A DNA stretch of 64,000 nt from Octopus sinensis. Taxonomy: Eukaryota. The notes under the pieces were generated by a model, which had not been told where the DNA came from, searched no databases, and was given only the letters and a program-made list of their open reading frames with translations. The position numbers and the translations under genes are program-made. Location of the stretch: NCBI RefSeq assembly GCF_006345805.1, contig NW_021824836.1, forward strand, positions 4,188 through 68,187, given 5' to 3'. This document shows positions 63,340-64,000 of this stretch, in pieces (position 1 is the first letter of the stretch; every line of letters starts with the position of its first letter).

Positions 63340-63375
<36 letters not shown>

Positions 63376-63447
63376 GGACGGACGGATGGACGGACGGACG
63401 GACGGATGGACGGACGGACGGACGGACAGACAGACAGACAGACAGAC

Positions 63448-63486
<39 letters not shown>

Positions 63487-63495
63487 CAGACAGAG

Positions 63496-63533
<38 letters not shown>

Positions 63534-63538
63534 GTAGG

Positions 63539-63576
<38 letters not shown>

Positions 63577-63577
63577 T

Positions 63578-63612
63578 GTTTCTTTATTAGCCACACAGGG
63601 CTGCACACAGAA
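63578..63612 (-). mobile_element. Very short 3' end of the (TATC)n-associated LINE
   Basis: gtttctttattagccacacagggctgcacacaga matches 19894-19928 and directly abuts (GATA)n. Confidence 0.7.
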
Positions 63613-64000
63613 GGGCAGTGAAAGGGGAGGGAAGAGAGAACAAAAGCGTAAGTTGACGGAAGCGGTGTGTACTAATCGCTTTCAGTCAAAATACCAAACT
63701 TAGGAACTATAATAATGCAGTTTGAATGTCGTATCTCAGTAACCCCATCCATCTCTCTTGGCGCTCATCTCACAAAACAGCAACTTCTCTGGTTCACTCT
63801 CTACATCTCATTCACTACAACCCTTTCTAATTTCATTTTTGCTTCTTTCACTCTCTATCAATAATACAGATTTCAAGTTTTTGACACAAGGCCAGCAAGT
63901 TCGTGTGAGGGGAATAGTCGATTAATCTGTGTATCTGTATATATATATATATATATGTTTGTGTGTGTATATATGTATATATATATATATACAGAAACAT

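Overview
Eukaryotic, AT-rich, extremely repeat-dense DNA. It is most likely intronic or intergenic DNA of an octopus: the tRNA-derived SINE families and the microsatellite load match coleoid cephalopod genomes as I recall them (inference, not a database result). There is no intact protein-coding gene, rRNA, bona fide tRNA or CRISPR array, and almost all ORFs in the supplied track are microsatellite or SINE translation artefacts. The window holds at least four tRNA-derived SINE families (my labels A-D), decayed non-LTR retrotransposons (three R4/Dong-like RLE elements in (TAA)n, RTE, L1/Tx1, a Penelope-like EN fragment), a 1122-bp solo LTR, a split mariner, three ~400-bp non-autonomous Helitrons, several MITE-like palindromes, minimal hammerhead-ribozyme motifs and a few candidate host exons. 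Three observations stand out. (1) Family-B SINEs form head-to-tail multimers (3, 3, 4 and 16 units) that share one fixed junction; three of the four are bracketed by a single target-site duplication, and the 16-mer has a 6-unit higher-order repeat. (2) A young LINE-like 3' end sits at the same position in the tail of two much older, diverged family-D SINE copies. (3) Different LINE clades appear tied to specific microsatellites.
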